Counted from the first letter of the whole stretch, positions 1 through 13,146 are shown. The stretch: 62,377 nucleotides of DNA, filler included, from Sphacelaria rigidula (GCA_964200075.2; 5 parts of 5 records of this genome joined end to end with filler, not necessarily neighbours in it); one strand, 5' to 3'. The notes: generated by a model from the sequence alone, not told the origin. Numbers and translations: made by a program.

Positions 1-419
1 GGCGGGGGCGTGGGGGGGCGGGGGGCGGTGGGGGTGGGGGGGGGGGGGTGGGGTTGGTGGGGGGGGGGGGGGGGGGGGGGGAGAGTTCCAAGTCCTAGTG
101 TTATCGTTGGTTGCGGCAACCACAAGAAGGACCCATCTCCGCAATCATAGGCAAGGCGGTGGATATCTTGAATGGACAGATCACAGTTGGACTATGTTTC
201 ACCAAACGCACCTCATTGGCCCCCGATGTTTTTGATATTTTGTGATCATGAGCACGGCGCTTTACAGTGCCGACAGGAAATAGGTGATGTACCGCTAAAC
301 GTCCCGTTTTTGTGCTGTGAAAATTCTACGTTGCCTGGCTACCCCGCCCGTTCTCACACTGTGCCAAACGTTATCTTGAGGAGTTTCGGGGTTCTTTCTT
401 GCTCGGCTTCCTGCGACAG

Positions 420-1838
420 ACTTTACTACGTGCACCCCTCCGTTCACAAGACACTACCACCGCCGCCTCCACCACCTCCGCTAGTCCGCAAGCGACATCG
501 TCTACCGCTGCAAATGGATCAAAGCTGGCGACGGAACCAGCTACAACCACTCCCTCAACCATCGACTCGGCAACATCCCCGTTCTGCGATCCGTCTGTGG
601 TCGCTGGGTGGGCGGCCGTAAGATATGCTTTGCGAACTGCGTGCGGGGGCGGCATTGCGGCGCAGCTCATTCAGGAGCTCTTACTGTGTTGCAAGGGGGG
701 AGGTACCGGAGGTGGAGGCGAGAACCATGGACGAGGAAGGGGGGGTGGGGTGGGGCTTGGAGCTGCTCGTGCCGCGGCAGCATGTCTAAACGCCCTCAGT
801 GACTTTCTCCCCGACCGTGACACTTGGACGCGGTTTCTTCCGGGAACCTTCAGCGGGATTTTTCTAGCCGTGAGGGGAGTGGGACGAAATTCTGCTACTT
901 CTACCAATGCGCCCCCCTTACCCGGTTCTATGGCATTACCACCTTTAAACGCTGTCGCGGCAGCGTATGGTCGCGCTGCAAACGGATATGTTGGCAGCAG
1001 GAGCGGTGGCAGCGGCGGCGCGTCGGATTCTGCACTCGCCGAGAGCTGCCTCGCCACGCTTGCAAAGGTACTGCTGATATGTGCGGGGGCGGTAGAAACT
1101 GCGCCATCATCCAACGGCACGCACGCGGAGGCCCGACCGCCAGATCAAGCAGAGGAGACGGCGGTTGGGCCAAAGCTCCTACCAGGGACTACAGCGACCG
1201 GCGGAGGTGTGTCCGGAACAAGTCGCGACTCCATAAAGGATGCATCGAACGACGACGGTAACCCCCTAGCAGTTCTCAAGCGTCTAGCTCGGACGGCGAA
1301 CTCGGTGGCAGGTGGCGCTGAGTCATCGTCACCGCTAGGATCCGCCGCCGACGCGAGCCCAAGCAACGCGAAGAACACGATGTCGGCGAGAGCAACAACG
1401 ACCGCGGGGACCACCTCTACCACCACGTGTGGTGGTGGTACAAGGGAAAGGGAGACGAGCGATCGACTCCGCCTGTTACTCCCGGAACTTCTAGCCTTCT
1501 GCCGACTGCACCCTGGGTGGCGTGTGCGTCGAGCGGCCGCTACATTCACCTCCTCTCTACTTGGCGCCATTAATGGGGCGGAGTTTTGGGGAAGTGATGG
1601 CGAGAGTTCGTACGCTGGTTGGGCTGAGGATGGTACCGCCAGGCTGAGACTGTCGGGGGATCGCAGGGGCGACCGTGTGAATTCGGCTGCTGTTGCTGGT
1701 CCGGCGGCGGGTGACGACGCCGGAGAGATGGGCGGTGGGGCGCGGAGGAGGGGCGCGACAAACGGCGGACTACTGGAGCCGTTGATGCCAGTGTTGATGG
1801 AGACGATGGTGGGGTTGACTTTAGACAACATGCCGCAG
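420..1838 (+). CDS. TTI1: TTI1 (TELO2-interacting protein 1) internal exon A, with large low-complexity insertions; acceptor uncertain (420 or 451)
   Basis: ORF 399-1865 contains RFLPGTFSGIF and LLPELLAFCRLHPGWRVRRAAATF, matching the TTI1 motifs FLPGI and HPHWKVR. It ends LTLDNMPQ at CAG|GCGAGT (GC donor, phase 0). Confidence 0.85.
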
Positions 1839-2557
1839 GCGAGTTTGCAAATCACGGACAGCTAGAGGGCGGCCTGTGTTGCCAGTCGTCAGCTATGCTA
1901 CCGTTTTATCACGGAAGCGCTCGCGTAGAAGTACGTTCAAATGAATAGTATCACGTACTTCAGTTATACGCACTTGCTTCCAGCTGAAATCGTGTCACAG
2001 TAGCAGTTGGAATGCGCATTGGGAATAGTTTGAAAAGGAATATTCACCTACCTCGGCGATGGTTTATTTGATCGAGTGTCTCACTGTGACTGGGTCCCCT
2101 CCGAATCTAACCATGGTCTCTGGGCGCAGTAGCTAAAGGTAGTGGATAATGATGATAACCGTGTTAACTGGATGAAAGTTTGGCCTCGAGCCCAAGCCGT
2201 TCGGGAATACGTACTGCCGATTGGGTCCAGCTTTTCCGTGTTTCTGCTTCGATGATGATTGCAGCATAATGCTCCATAACTTCCCCGCCCTTCGTGAAAG
2301 TGTCCCGACAGCCCTTGTAGCCATTTGTGGAGAACATAGACGACGTTCCTCACGGATGGCCCTGCACGCTGATCTATTGGCCATCGTGTTGGACGACCTG
2401 ATGAGATTTTTCGTGTATCATTTGAGCACGAACGTTTTCCAACAAATGAAGCGCGTACCGTTACAACTCTAGATTGTGAGGAGGGCATCTTCGAAATGGA
2501 TGAAGCAGAGACCAATGCTCACAACTGACCGTGTCGGGTTGTCGCCGATTTACACAG

Positions 2558-2703
2558 GTGTCGGCAGCGGCACGAGAGGGCTTGGATTCCTTCCGCACTT
2601 CTCTTTCGCCGCTCCGATGGCTTGCGCTGCGAGGATGGCTGTCGCACAGGCTTTGTGTGATCGCGGAAGGGTTACCTTCTCTGGCCAAATCTGCAGACGA
2701 GAA
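2558..2703 (+). CDS. TTI1: TTI1 exon B (VSAAAREGLDSF...IAEGLPSLAKSADE)
   Basis: Acceptor TTTACACAG and donor AA|GTGGGT; phase 0 in, phase 2 out. Resembles the TTI1 segment LATSLPRLMNSQDD. Confidence 0.85.
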
Positions 2704-3504
2704 GTGGGTTACGTTGTACTAGTACACACATAAGTCGTCATCTATTTTGCGTCGTGACTGTAAGGGCTAACGTAAACGCACGAGGTCCTCTGTGAGCCGA
2801 AATCGCTACCCTGGTGGCTGTCGTGAGCATGTGTGTCTAATTTGGTTATTTTGCGTTTTGATTTACCTCACACCCAAGACAACAGGTGGTATTTTCGACG
2901 AGATTACTGCGTGTTGTTGTGTGTTGTTATCCCATCTATTCTGGACGCCAGTCTACACCTTTCGGTATTTGCGGGCGCACCAGCCGGGGTCACTCGGGAG
3001 GAAGGCCAACACAGGAGTTTTTTTCTTCTTCGATTGTTTTAGTTCTCCGCCTTCCTTCTGCGGTGTTTGCCTTCTATCTTTTATCGCGAGAGGGGTGCAG
3101 CAGTCCCTTTCCCTCGTCGACCATTAAATCGAGTTTTATGCGCCCACGATACGGTCGATCTCCACTAATGGGCATTGTGTGAGATACAATCCCAGATCGC
3201 TCCGAGATTGGAACCCAAGACCCAACCGTTTTGAGGTTACTGACTGAGCGCCCGGGGCGGTCGGCTCTGCGTACAGTGCGACATTTACTGTCTTATTGCA
3301 ACAGACGCAATAGTCGATACTGTATGCAGTACACGTTTTGACAATGTTATCTGTTGCCATTATCCAGCGTGTGGATTATCTAGTGGAACATTTGGAAGTG
3401 ATGGATTGCGTGAGGGGGAACACGTGACTTGCATTTGTCGTCAACGTTGCCCAAATAAATCATTTGCCCACGGTACCTCGATGCCCCTCCACGCTTTCGG
3501 GCAG

Positions 3505-3649
3505 ACGACTGCAGGGAGCTTTCGATTTGCTGGCGGGTTACGTGTCGCTGCTCGGATTTGACGCGCGGGCGGCTCTTGACGCTCGCCTTTCCACGGTGTT
3601 ATCTTGCCTCTGTGAGGCTCTCGATTTCGACGAAGACTTCAATGTACAG
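3505..3649 (+). CDS. TTI1: TTI1 exon C (KRLQGAFDLLAGYVSLLG...EALDFDEDFNVQ)
   Basis: Phase-2 acceptor completes AAA (K) with exon B. LLAGYVSLLG matches TTI1 LLLGYLKLLG. Donor is either the GC at 3650 or the GT at 3656 (both phase 0). Confidence 0.85.
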
Positions 3650-6520
3650 GCGAGAGTATGTGACGTCGCTCAGAAGTTTTGCGGAAGAGCGCAACAAGGT
3701 CGTGTTTTTTTTCGTTGCTTGCCCTAGTCGTTTGACCGTTGACCCTGCGTCCCTTTCGAGACGGAACATCATACCCTCGGGCGAGGGGGGTGCAAAGGAT
3801 GCTCTAGGCAAAGTGTGCGGTTTTAGATCTCAAATCGGCACCGATGTTGACGAAAAACGCGTTCTGCGTACGCTGCCGTTGGAGCACGCGGGACTGTCCG
3901 CCCTTCCGAAGATCCAAATATCGGTGTTCACTCTGAAATCAAGCCAGCAACTGTTCTCATGACGAATGCGAAAGCTCTACAGTGTGGCACCCCCGAGAGC
4001 AAGGAACAAATCTTCAGAGGGCCAGGCATGACTAGTACAGCTTGGTGTGTGCCCATTTGCCTACGCAGCAATGTGGCTACTTTAGCACAGAACACGTTCC
4101 GTTTGGAAACCCTGGAAAAAGACACAACATCTGACTGGCATTTTTTCCCCCTCGCCGTTCGCATGATAGGGGGGCCAGAAGTTGATGATTATGAAATATG
4201 ACTGCTGTAACAGCATGCTGCAACTGTCAATAGTAGCTAGACATGAGTCGAGGCGCACTGTTTCTATTCAAATTATGAAGTACGGCAGTGTGGTTTCCTA
4301 GTCACTTCAAAATATACGGCGCCCCGTTATTCGCCGAAATATTCGTGAAACTAATAAAATTATGGCATTTCCCCCCTCTAAAACATTGGAGAATCTTCTC
4401 CGAAAACATGGTGCAGACGATGCAAACAACGAGTGCGTGGACGTGGCTTAACCCCAAAACACGTTTCTTCACTTTTTTTTTCATTATAATCGTCGGTTTG
4501 TTTTATCAAGTCCTTTATTTATTGAATATCTGTTTTGCTTGTTTTTGCGGTCGTGCCCCACCACTGTTTGTTGCATGGGCTTCGTTACGGGGGTTATAAC
4601 GGATCTCCCGAAACCGCACGACGCCAATGGATGTGGATATTGAATTTACTTCTTTTTTTTCGGGCACACGTTGAACCCCTCCCCTTTCTCGGGATGAGTC
4701 CCTAGTCTCAAGGGATCGACCCATCTCTCCCCGGCGGTACTGTAGGACGGATATTAACTATTATTATTACTTTCAGCGATCAATCTCACCTTCACTCTCA
4801 CTTTGCGCCCATTGTTCATTGGAGAGGTCCAAAGAGTGGATGGAGCATGAATAAGCTGTACGAATGTTCGGTATCATTTAGGTATACTTAATGAGTATGT
4901 CAACAATCCGTTCACGCCAGATGCCGTCGGAAATTGATACATCATCATAAAGGCGCTCGACCGTAATCAGCTTTTGTTCGAACAAGAACTCGATTCGTGG
5001 GATTGGCAGTACACTTGTAGGAAAACATTGTTCGGCATCGTCAAGCCAACGAACAGTGGAATCAAGATCGAGGGTTCACCCTGCTGGAACCAATAGCTGT
5101 TGCCGTGCTATCTACGCGGCGCGTTTACGTTGTACCCGTTTGTAGCGTGTATCCCTGCTATTGATATCATGGGTAAGGACGGTGAGCAGTCCGCCACGCA
5201 GGAAAAGCTCGCGTTTCCCATATCATCGGGAAGCAAAGATACTGCGTATCGACGACTAGATTCAGAAGACCCCGCCGTGTTCAATGTTCGCAGCCCCGGT
5301 TCCTGGAAGAGCTAGCGCGCAAGTACTATCTCGTTCGCATGGGAAGTCCGACCCGCTACCTTTCAACTTTTTTTCGTGAGATTGAGAGTAGAGCGCTGAT
5401 TGAGAGAGGATTTATCATTCGCTCACACTGGCCATCTTTTCATTCCGTGTGTGCTTTTATTTGCCTGTATCACTGGCGTGTGCTTCCAGCTACACGTAGA
5501 TATCCTACTCAGGGATATCAAGGGGCTTCAGCGGCAAGCTATTACGGAAAGCGTATCGGGCGTCGTGGAGGGGCATTTCGGAACTGAAACGATTCATTCA
5601 ATATTTGACCGTTTATCACTCTCAATCGTATCATCTACTCTCGATCTCACGGAAATATTGTTATGGTGACGTACAAATTTTTCCCGACGAGACGCGCAGG
5701 ATTCCTCTAACTTTACTTTTCTTGTGTCGTACACGGAGTAGGTGCAGGATATCGCACATCAGCTTGACCCTGCGATCCAGGCGAAGACAGTACCTTAGCT
5801 CGAATCGCGCAACGATGCTATTTTTTGAATAAATAGCCATATGTTTCCATAAAAAACCCGTGAAATACGGGCGGACCTTGTCCACAGTATTTGTAGTCCG
5901 CTAGGTGTACCAAGGAATACTAGGAAGACTTCGAAACGGGTTTGGGGATTCATGCGAATCCCGAGCTGTACCTTACCGTGCAGTTTTCCGTTCGGTGCTC
6001 CTGATGGTGTGTATACTGTTCCGAAGTGAAGCTTTATGTTCAAATAGTCATTTTCCCCCCTCTAATTCCGTAGTTCTGGAATGAAGAGCCTGTGAGCACA
6101 TGTTAGTACGCGTGGTACCAGTAGCCAACCGCAGAGAATTTTTGTTTCTATTCCTTGGCTCGAGTTTTCAACACACTGAAAACCGGATTACCTCCGCTTC
6201 AGGAGCGAAATTATGAAAAAAAATTGATGGGATCGTTCCTAGAATGCGTGTGAAATATGAGCCTATTTTTTTTCGTTTTTTAGATCATGACTTCAAAGCG
6301 GGAGGTGACAATGTTTCCGCCGCTATGGTTCATGAGCGCGACAAAAGCGGTCGACTTGTTGGCGAATGTACCACCACATGCGAAGCAGAGGGCTTCACGT
6401 CTCCAGAGCATTTATTGGTGTTCGTTGGCAACACAATTTGATAGTGGAGGTGGATGATTTGACTAATATCTTGATGATTCGACTCATTGTCAATGCTCCT
6501 GTGTCAACTGTTTCCGTCAG

Positions 6521-6637
6521 GTTCTGGAGGGGTCGCGTGACGGAAGAACACCATTGGGTCAGGCTGGGGTGGCCGGCGGAGGCGACGGCGGCAGCACCAC
6601 TCTACCCCGAGAGGCGCCTCCAAAGTACTTCCGGCAG
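6521..6637 (+). CDS. TTI1: TTI1 exon D (VLEGSRDG...PPKYFRQ)
   Basis: Acceptor TTTCCGTCAG and donor CAG|GTGACC; 117 nt, phase 0/0. KYFR resembles TTI1 YFRFF. Confidence 0.75.
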
Positions 6638-6802
6638 GTGACCATGAATCCTGAGCCCCGATTCACGACCTAGCTGTGTTGCGACATGTTCGGGTCGACA
6701 GAACGGGGTAGTAGACTTGAAGCGGCCCGCTCGAAGGTTCAAAACGAAGACAGACGCACGCGTAGTTACCAAACCCTGCCAACGTTTCGTGTTTTCCTCC
6801 AG

Positions 6803-6933
6803 GTCATGGCCAACGTCCGTGCGGATTCAACCTTAGCGTCCGCCCGCCGCGCGATTCGCTTGCTGGGAAAATTCTGCGATATCCCTTCTCTGGCCGACGC
6901 CGCGCTCTCCCCTCTGGAAGATCCATATCCAAG
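6803..6933 (+). CDS. TTI1: TTI1 exon E (VMANVRADSTLASARRAIRLLGKFCDIPSLAD); 3' end uncertain (6933 or 6969)
   Basis: Acceptor TTTTCCTCCAG, phase 0. IRLLGKF matches TTI1 CQLLGYY. At least one further exon is needed before 8842 to restore phase. Confidence 0.75.
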
Positions 6934-7058
6934 GTCTAGGCGTACTCGCCGTCGACCTTCCACGACAAGGTGGGGACCGGAGGGGGGTGTACTCATGATC
7001 ATGCATGCCGTAGTCATCAGACCATTGGCCTCGCATCCCTACAAAGCCGGGGATCGGA

Positions 7059-7149
7059 GGGGGGGCGTTCTCATGTGTTGCTTGCCTTAGTCGTTTGACC
7101 ATTGACCACGCATCCCTTTCGAGACGGAGCACCGTTCCTACTCCTAATA
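7059..7149 (+). repeat. Dispersed ~70-90 nt repeat, best-preserved copy; others at 3711-3768, 6982-7039, 12128-12213, 37041-37120, 37489-37527, 38261-38330, 50062-50138 (+) and 61627-61730 (-)
   Basis: Consensus (G)n-CGTACTCATTTGTTGCTTGCCTTAGTCRTTTGACCATTGACCACGCATCCCTTTCGAGACGGAGCA(CCGTTCCTACTCCTAAT), read directly in nine places. Confidence 0.9.
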
Positions 7150-8841
7150 ATGCCACCTCCAACATTCCGGCGCTCATTACGTTTCTTCCATAGCTCATTT
7201 CGTTTCTTCCATACATTACACAAAAACCTATTACATATATCATCCCCGTCCTGTGTCGCCGTATCTGGAGGGGGTCGGAGAGGGATTGCCTTATTCATGC
7301 TCGAGGTGTACTTTCACAGCAGCAGGAATATGCCTAGTACGGCAATGTAACGGTCATTTGCGCCTCTTTGTTGTTCTCAACAGCCGATGTAGTGCAAATT
7401 TTTCTACGAAGAATTCCCCGTGCTCTGCCGTCGGCAGTCCCTTGCCAACATCCCCCTTGTGTCGATTCTCGCGGGATGCATGAATCAAGCAGTCAGTCTA
7501 TATCTCTCGAGAGCAGCGCGATGTAGCCTCCTTGCCTCCCTGGGTACTCCTTTGCTATATCGCTCGCACTATTGTGTCGGGTTCACGAGGGCAAAGATGT
7601 GGGCGAGGGGCAGGCAGGTCGTACGATAGCCATGTTTTTTTTTTCACGCTCCCTGTTTGTCTTCTTCACCCGTGTTTCACTTCCTGTCTTCAATCGGACG
7701 GCTTTCCCCTCCCAGAGTTTCCATGGTCGCCTCATTCGACCAAAGTGTACCCATTGCATTTCTCGCGTTCCCTTGCTTCGACGATCGTAGCCTGCGTTTC
7801 ATGCTAGTGATCATGATCCACGATGCCTCCTGAGGTATAAAACTTATGCCTCCATTTCCCCCTGTGCGTGACACCGCGTTGATCTCGCGGGCACCAACAC
7901 CAACACCGCCACAGCACCGACGACAGCTCCGACGAACGATTATACCGGCGACGGTGCTTGGGGTGGCTCCGACCTCGTTTGCCCATGGTTTGGGTGCTGA
8001 ATCAGGCATTCCTAGGACGGTTGCCGTCCCAAACCACTACGGTTCCAACTGTGAAACTTGTCGACGGAGGGGATAGCGTGAGCCAGAGCGTGGGGCGCGG
8101 GTTTGCAATGGCTTATGTGAGAATCATAGGGTGAACCGGTCTGTTTTCCGCCGTAAGGGCGAGGGGAGGGGCGGAAGGTTGTGTTCTTACCGAAAAGCAT
8201 ACTGTCTGCATTACTTGCTTTACTTTACGGTGGTACTACTGGAGCGACTATGGGCATGACAGTTCATGGTGGGAGATGGAAGATATGGCCACGTTCATCG
8301 GACGAGGAGCCCGCACACCGCGTAGGCCTCGCATTGGCGTAACTACCGCTATTTGGTGGCGGTCACACGGGACGTCCTCCATTCTCTCTTTTGCAGAATA
8401 AGGGGTAGGTACAGCAGTAGTGAAAGAGTCGGGGTCCAGATATCCGAAGTGCCGCTTTCACGAATTTCTCACCTATCACAGAATACGGGCGAGGCACACG
8501 GTGGAATAAAGCATCCCCCAAAAGGTCATACCGCGTGGGATATACGAGGCTAGAGCAAAATGATGATCCCGTCTTTGCCGCACGTCAATATTGAAACGTA
8601 GACGAGGAAGACGAAACGACCATATGGTGCAGTGCACCACCATACAAAGGTACGGTACGGTCCGATGGAGTGTGGGAGCTGCTCCGCGTATGTTTTGACC
8701 GACGGACATGATAGAAGAGGGCAGTAACAGAGTACTGTGAAGTGGGGGCGACGTGGCAACGGATGTACAGTGCAACCGTCAGCTGAGCAAGCGTGTGACG
8801 TGCCCCTTGCCCTGTACTTCCCACATCCGCCGCTTTCTCAG

Positions 8842-9063
8842 CTGGATCGGCTGCTCGGCTCCCAGGCGTTCAGTCTGCCTGTATCGAGACTGGATGCGAT
8901 TGCAAACGGGTACATCAGCGGGGGGCTCGGGGAGCAGGACTATGGAGCACAGACCGGGACAGACTTGACGGTTGCAGGTAGACCAGGAGCTATCGAGTAC
9001 ACGCGGTCGGGAGAGATACTAGGCGCGGCAAGTGCTTCGCGCATCCGTGGAGTTTCGGGGCAG
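8842..9063 (+). CDS. TTI1: TTI1 exon F (LDRLLGSQAFSLPVS...GVSGQ)
   Basis: Acceptor GCTTTCTCAG and donor CAG|GTGGGC; 222 nt, phase 0/0; directly precedes exon G. Confidence 0.65.
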
Positions 9064-9528
9064 GTGGGCATATTCGTAGTGTATCGAGGGTAGTGTTGGC
9101 CTACCAGCGAGCAGCACAAAAAATCGCGACATCACGTCTTCCTTCGCGAGGCGCTACTTACCGGATCGTGTCTCCTCTTCTTCGCTAGTGCTGCAGCGCG
9201 GAGTCTTACCGCAAGTCTTCAAGTGCAAAGCCCTCTGAGCTCTTGCAGAGCCCTCTAGTTGCCAAAGCCACGTTCATATATGTCCAGCTGGGCACAAAAA
9301 ACGTGCTCTCTACAACATTATGCAGGGGTGGGCCCGTGATGAGTACTTCTCCTGCGCTGGCAATTGGTGAATCCTGATGATGCCGGCAAATGCAGTGAGC
9401 TGGTGTCTCGGAGGCCGCAGATGGACGAAATTAGTCACAGCCCATGATGCTGTCGCTGCACCCGTGTCTCTGCACCCGTTGTGAATCGTGAGAATCCGCT
9501 TCAGTACGTGTATTCTTTGCTCTAGCAG

Positions 9529-9654
9529 GTTCTGGATGCCAACGCTACGATGGTCGGCCTGGTTATTGAGGCCGTGGCATCTCTCGCAGAGGCGTGCGAC
9601 CCTGGCTTCGAGGAGATCTTCCTCCGCAAGGCGTTGTACCCGTTGCTCGAGAAG
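9529..9654 (+). CDS. TTI1: TTI1 exon G (VLDANATMVGLVIEAVASLAEAC...LRKALYPLLEK)
   Basis: Contains the diagnostic ALYPLLEK motif (TTI1 ALYPVLEK). Canonical AG/GT sites, 126 nt. Confidence 0.9.
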
Positions 9655-9712
9655 GTGATTTGCTGTTTCTCTCGGCTCGGGAACCCGTGACGAAGCATAG
9701 GACCCCGAGTGT

Positions 9713-9949
9713 GACACATTCTACGATAGCACCACTCCCCCCCCCAAAAGAAAAACAGCCCAAAAGTGTCGAGAAAAAAATGTTCATACAGCTCCTGATG
9801 CCTGGGTTTAGGCTGCATGAAGCGCCTCACATGGGTGACATCGGCGAGAACGAACTCAATCATGGGACGGCTTTTTCCACTTCGATTTACGTGAAGATTT
9901 TGCCTCCCCAAATCAGGCACTTTTTTACGGGGCTATCGTAGAAAGCGTC
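9713..9949. mobile_element. MITE with ~18-bp TIR and 4-bp TSD (GTGT)
   Basis: Termini are GACACATTCTACGATAGC and GCTATCGTAGAAAGCGTC, with GTGT on both flanks. Another end of the same family lies at 12499-12566. Confidence 0.8.
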
Positions 9950-10661
9950 GTGTGTGCTGCATTTTTCAATGAAAAGCCAACTGGAAGGTTTGGTGTTTTT
10001 GCTTCGGCTCATGACGGAGCTTGGTGCCTCACACCCATGGCCAGGAACAGGGGACGTGTTGGGAATGGAGTCGGCGAAGCTACATATAGTTCGGGGGGAA
10101 TCTCAGCAGCATACGTGCAAGTCTCCAGTAGGTGTTGCGAGCTTTCTTCTAAGTATCATCTTTGATCACCGAGTAAGTAAGACCTTTCCTTGCATACGGC
10201 GGCTACTTGTAGCCGTCCTGTTCGTGCCCCGTGGTGAAAACGCATTGTTCTGCGGTGTTTTTATTTCCGACATGTCGTATGCTGTCTTGAATTGAAGGCA
10301 TGCTTGCTGCAAAGTGGAAAATGGCGGATAGCAAGCGGCATGCCGGTTTGTTTCGCCCTCGGTCTATTATTCTTTGCCGTAAAAATATGTCCATAGGTTT
10401 GAAAGATACTCCGCATGACGGTTTCTATGCAAGGGTGCTGCTACACGGTTTGCTGGGACATCACCTCTGCACCAGTATTTCTACGGAGATCGCGGGCGGT
10501 GTATTGAAAAACTCAGAAATTATGATTCAGATATTACCAACGATTTTCGGGGGAATACCCACATCTTGAGGTAATCGCGTTGATTTTCGTAAAAATGATT
10601 CCACGGTCAACGATGGCATCTGTTACATATGCTATAATTGTGGACATATGTTGTGATTCAG

Positions 10662-10764
10662 GCTGCGTCTGCGCATTCGGTAGTTGCTCAAGCGGCGATG
10701 GCCAGCTTATCGAGAATCCGCTCAGCGTGTGGGGGTTTCAAGAGCATACCGGAGCTCCTAGCAG
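10662..10764 (+). CDS. TTI1: TTI1 exon H (AASAHSVVAQAAMASLSRIRSACGGFKSIPELLA); gene truncated by contig end
   Basis: Continues exon G in phase and matches TTI1 [25 protein letters not shown]. Donor G|GTGCCG. Confidence 0.88.
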
Positions 10765-10882
10765 GTGCCGTCGGTGTCCCGGTTGATACTACAGAAATAT
10801 CGGAAATGCTCTTGGGCGTCCGTCTGTGGAGTCGTTGCCAGTCAGAGATCGACCTTCATCATATTTTGGTCAATGTCCTGGG

Positions 10883-12075
10883 GGGTATACCCTCATGTTT
10901 TTGGAACAAAAATGGGTAGCTTACTTCTCGGGTTGGGGTGCGGCGCTGCGCGCGGGCTAAATCCCTCGAAATCACGGTCCAGCGCCTCAGCCCCACCAAC
11001 AAGGTGTCTGGGCAGCATGCCCGACCATTTTTTCTCTTTTTCACACGTGGTATTGGGCTTAACTGCGACGCGAAAAAGGAGAGTCTGTGAGCGTACCCTA
11101 TTTTGTATACATACCGGGAATGTACACCCTACTCTCTGCTCAGAATAAATCTCTAACCCTTTCTCGTTAACGTGTGTACCCCTTGATGCTCAATTTCATA
11201 CCCTTCTTGGCCCTTCTGTGTGAAGCGGTCACCGTACCGTCTGCTCCACAGGAGATACGCCGAATAGTGACAAACTTACCCATTTCTTGTGAAATTGCAC
11301 CCCGCGAAAAAGGCTGAAACCCAACGACCAAGAAATTGTAGCCCCCTGCTGGTTGGCCCTCAGACTCGGAAGATCCGATGATGCACCCAGGGCGTGAACT
11401 CTTGTGTGCCGGAGATCACGGAGATGTAACGAACATGCGTACAACATCTGGCCGACACACACGCGCCCGAACGGCATCATGTGGCGTCATCATGTGGAAC
11501 ACCAGTCCGTTGCGGGATCTGCAATCTGCAGCTTGATCTTCGTGATCTCCGGCACACAAGCGTTCACGCCCTGGATGCGTCGTCGGACCTTCCGAGTCTG
11601 AGGGTCAACCAGCAGGAGGGTACAATTTCTCGGTCGTTGGGTTTCGGCCTTTTTGGCGGGCTGTAATTTCACAAGAAATGGGTATGTTTGTGAGTATTCG
11701 CCGTATCTCCTGTGGAGCCGGCGGTACGATGATCACTTCACAACTATTGGTCAGGAAGGGTATCCACTTGAACACTAGAGGGTACACACGTTGGCGAAAA
11801 AGGGCAAGATGAAATTTCAGCAGAGTGGGGTGTGCCCTCCCGGTTTACATACATTAAAGGGTACTCTCGCAGTCTCTCCTTTTCCGCGTCGTAGTTAGGC
11901 CCAATCCCATGTATGAAGAAGGGAAAAAAATGTTCGGGCGTGCTACCCGGGCACCTTGTTCGTGGGGCTGAGGCGCTGCAATGTGTTTTCGAGGAGTTCA
12001 GCCCACGTGCAGCGTCGTGACCCAATCTTAAAAATGCGTTATCCTTTTTTGTTTCAAAAACATGAGGGTATACCC
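10883..12075. mobile_element. ~1.2-kb foldback (palindromic) element in a TTI1 intron; start of a further arm at 12301-12398
   Basis: The arms are reverse complements over ~550 nt (GGGTATACCCTCATGTTTTTG ... CAAAAACATGAGGGTATACCC) around a ~100-nt spacer. Confidence 0.85.
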
Positions 12076-12398
12076 TTTTTTGCATTGCCCGACTTTTTTT
12101 CAGCCCTCGTTGTCTTTGGGGGCGGGGAGGGGCGTACTCATGTGTTACTCGCCGTAGTCATCTGACCACTGACCACGCATCCCTTTTGAGACGGAGCACC
12201 GTTCTGACTCCTTGCAGAGATACCTCGACATTTGGGCTCCCATTATGCTTCTCCCGTATATTACACGAAAACCTTCTACATATCTTATTGGGCAATATAC
12301 AAAAAAGGGTACACCCTTATGCATGTGGAGCAAAAAAGGGTGGCGCATTTTTCGCTTTGGGGCGCGGCGCTGCACGCCGGCCGAACACCTCGAAAACA

Positions 12399-12498
12399 NN
12401 NNNNNNNNNNNNNNNNNNNNNNNNNNNNNNNNNNNNNNNNNNTTAATTAATTAANNNNNNNNNNNNNNNNNNNNNNNNNNNNNNNNNNNNNNNNNNNN
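12399..12498. other. Artificial contig linker
   Basis: N44-TTAATTAATTAA-N44, a six-frame stop linker. Confidence 0.97.
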
Positions 12499-13146
12499 GC
12501 TGTATGACCATTTTTTTCGTGACACTTTTAGCTGGTTTTGGGGGGGGGGCTATCGTAGAAAGTGTCACCAAATTTCGTAACCTTTGTGAAAACAAGACAG
12601 TTCGGTTTGCCCAACTACATAAACATGATTTAAAGGACTCTTGTGATCGGGGGGAAAGTGGCCGCTTTGGGTCCGTCCACACGTGCGAAGATACTGTAAA
12701 ACAGCGATACCAAACTTTCCTGACATGGGGATACTGCAATCAGTACAGAATGGAACAAGAATTGACGGTTTAACGTTCTTATTAGAAAGCAACGGGCATT
12801 CAACAGTTTGCAGGTTGGAAAACGCGGAATTTCATTTGTAGATCCTCCTCTTTCAAGATCGGCACCCTGCACAGACTTGGATGGCGTGGGTGTCAAATGC
12901 AACGACAGGTGGTTGATCATAGAGCACCCTTGTTCTTCGTGGGTTTATATCTCGTCCCAGGTGGTAATGCGTGATCTCGTCACATCGGAATCAATTCTTG
13001 AAAGCTACTGTACGGAGGTGTTCACGCAGCCAGCGCGTGCTCCAGATTGCAGCATGGACGCACCCCTCTGCACCACGTTGGCAACGATTAGATCACTACC
13101 ATAGGTATCTTTTTTTCACTCCGCATGCCAAGAAGGTCTCCACAAG

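Noticed and set aside
1-81. G-rich tracts (also 49984-50072 and 62325-62377) as G-quadruplex elements
   Set aside because: They sit at contig ends, where poly-G sequence is unreliable.
4800-5670. Coding-like stretch in a TTI1 intron
   Set aside because: Multiple stops and no recognisable motif; cannot be assigned.
12961-13104. Exon-like segment as a TTI1 continuation, with the Gypsy element inside a TTI1 intron
   Set aside because: Different contig, wrong phase and no TTI1 motif.
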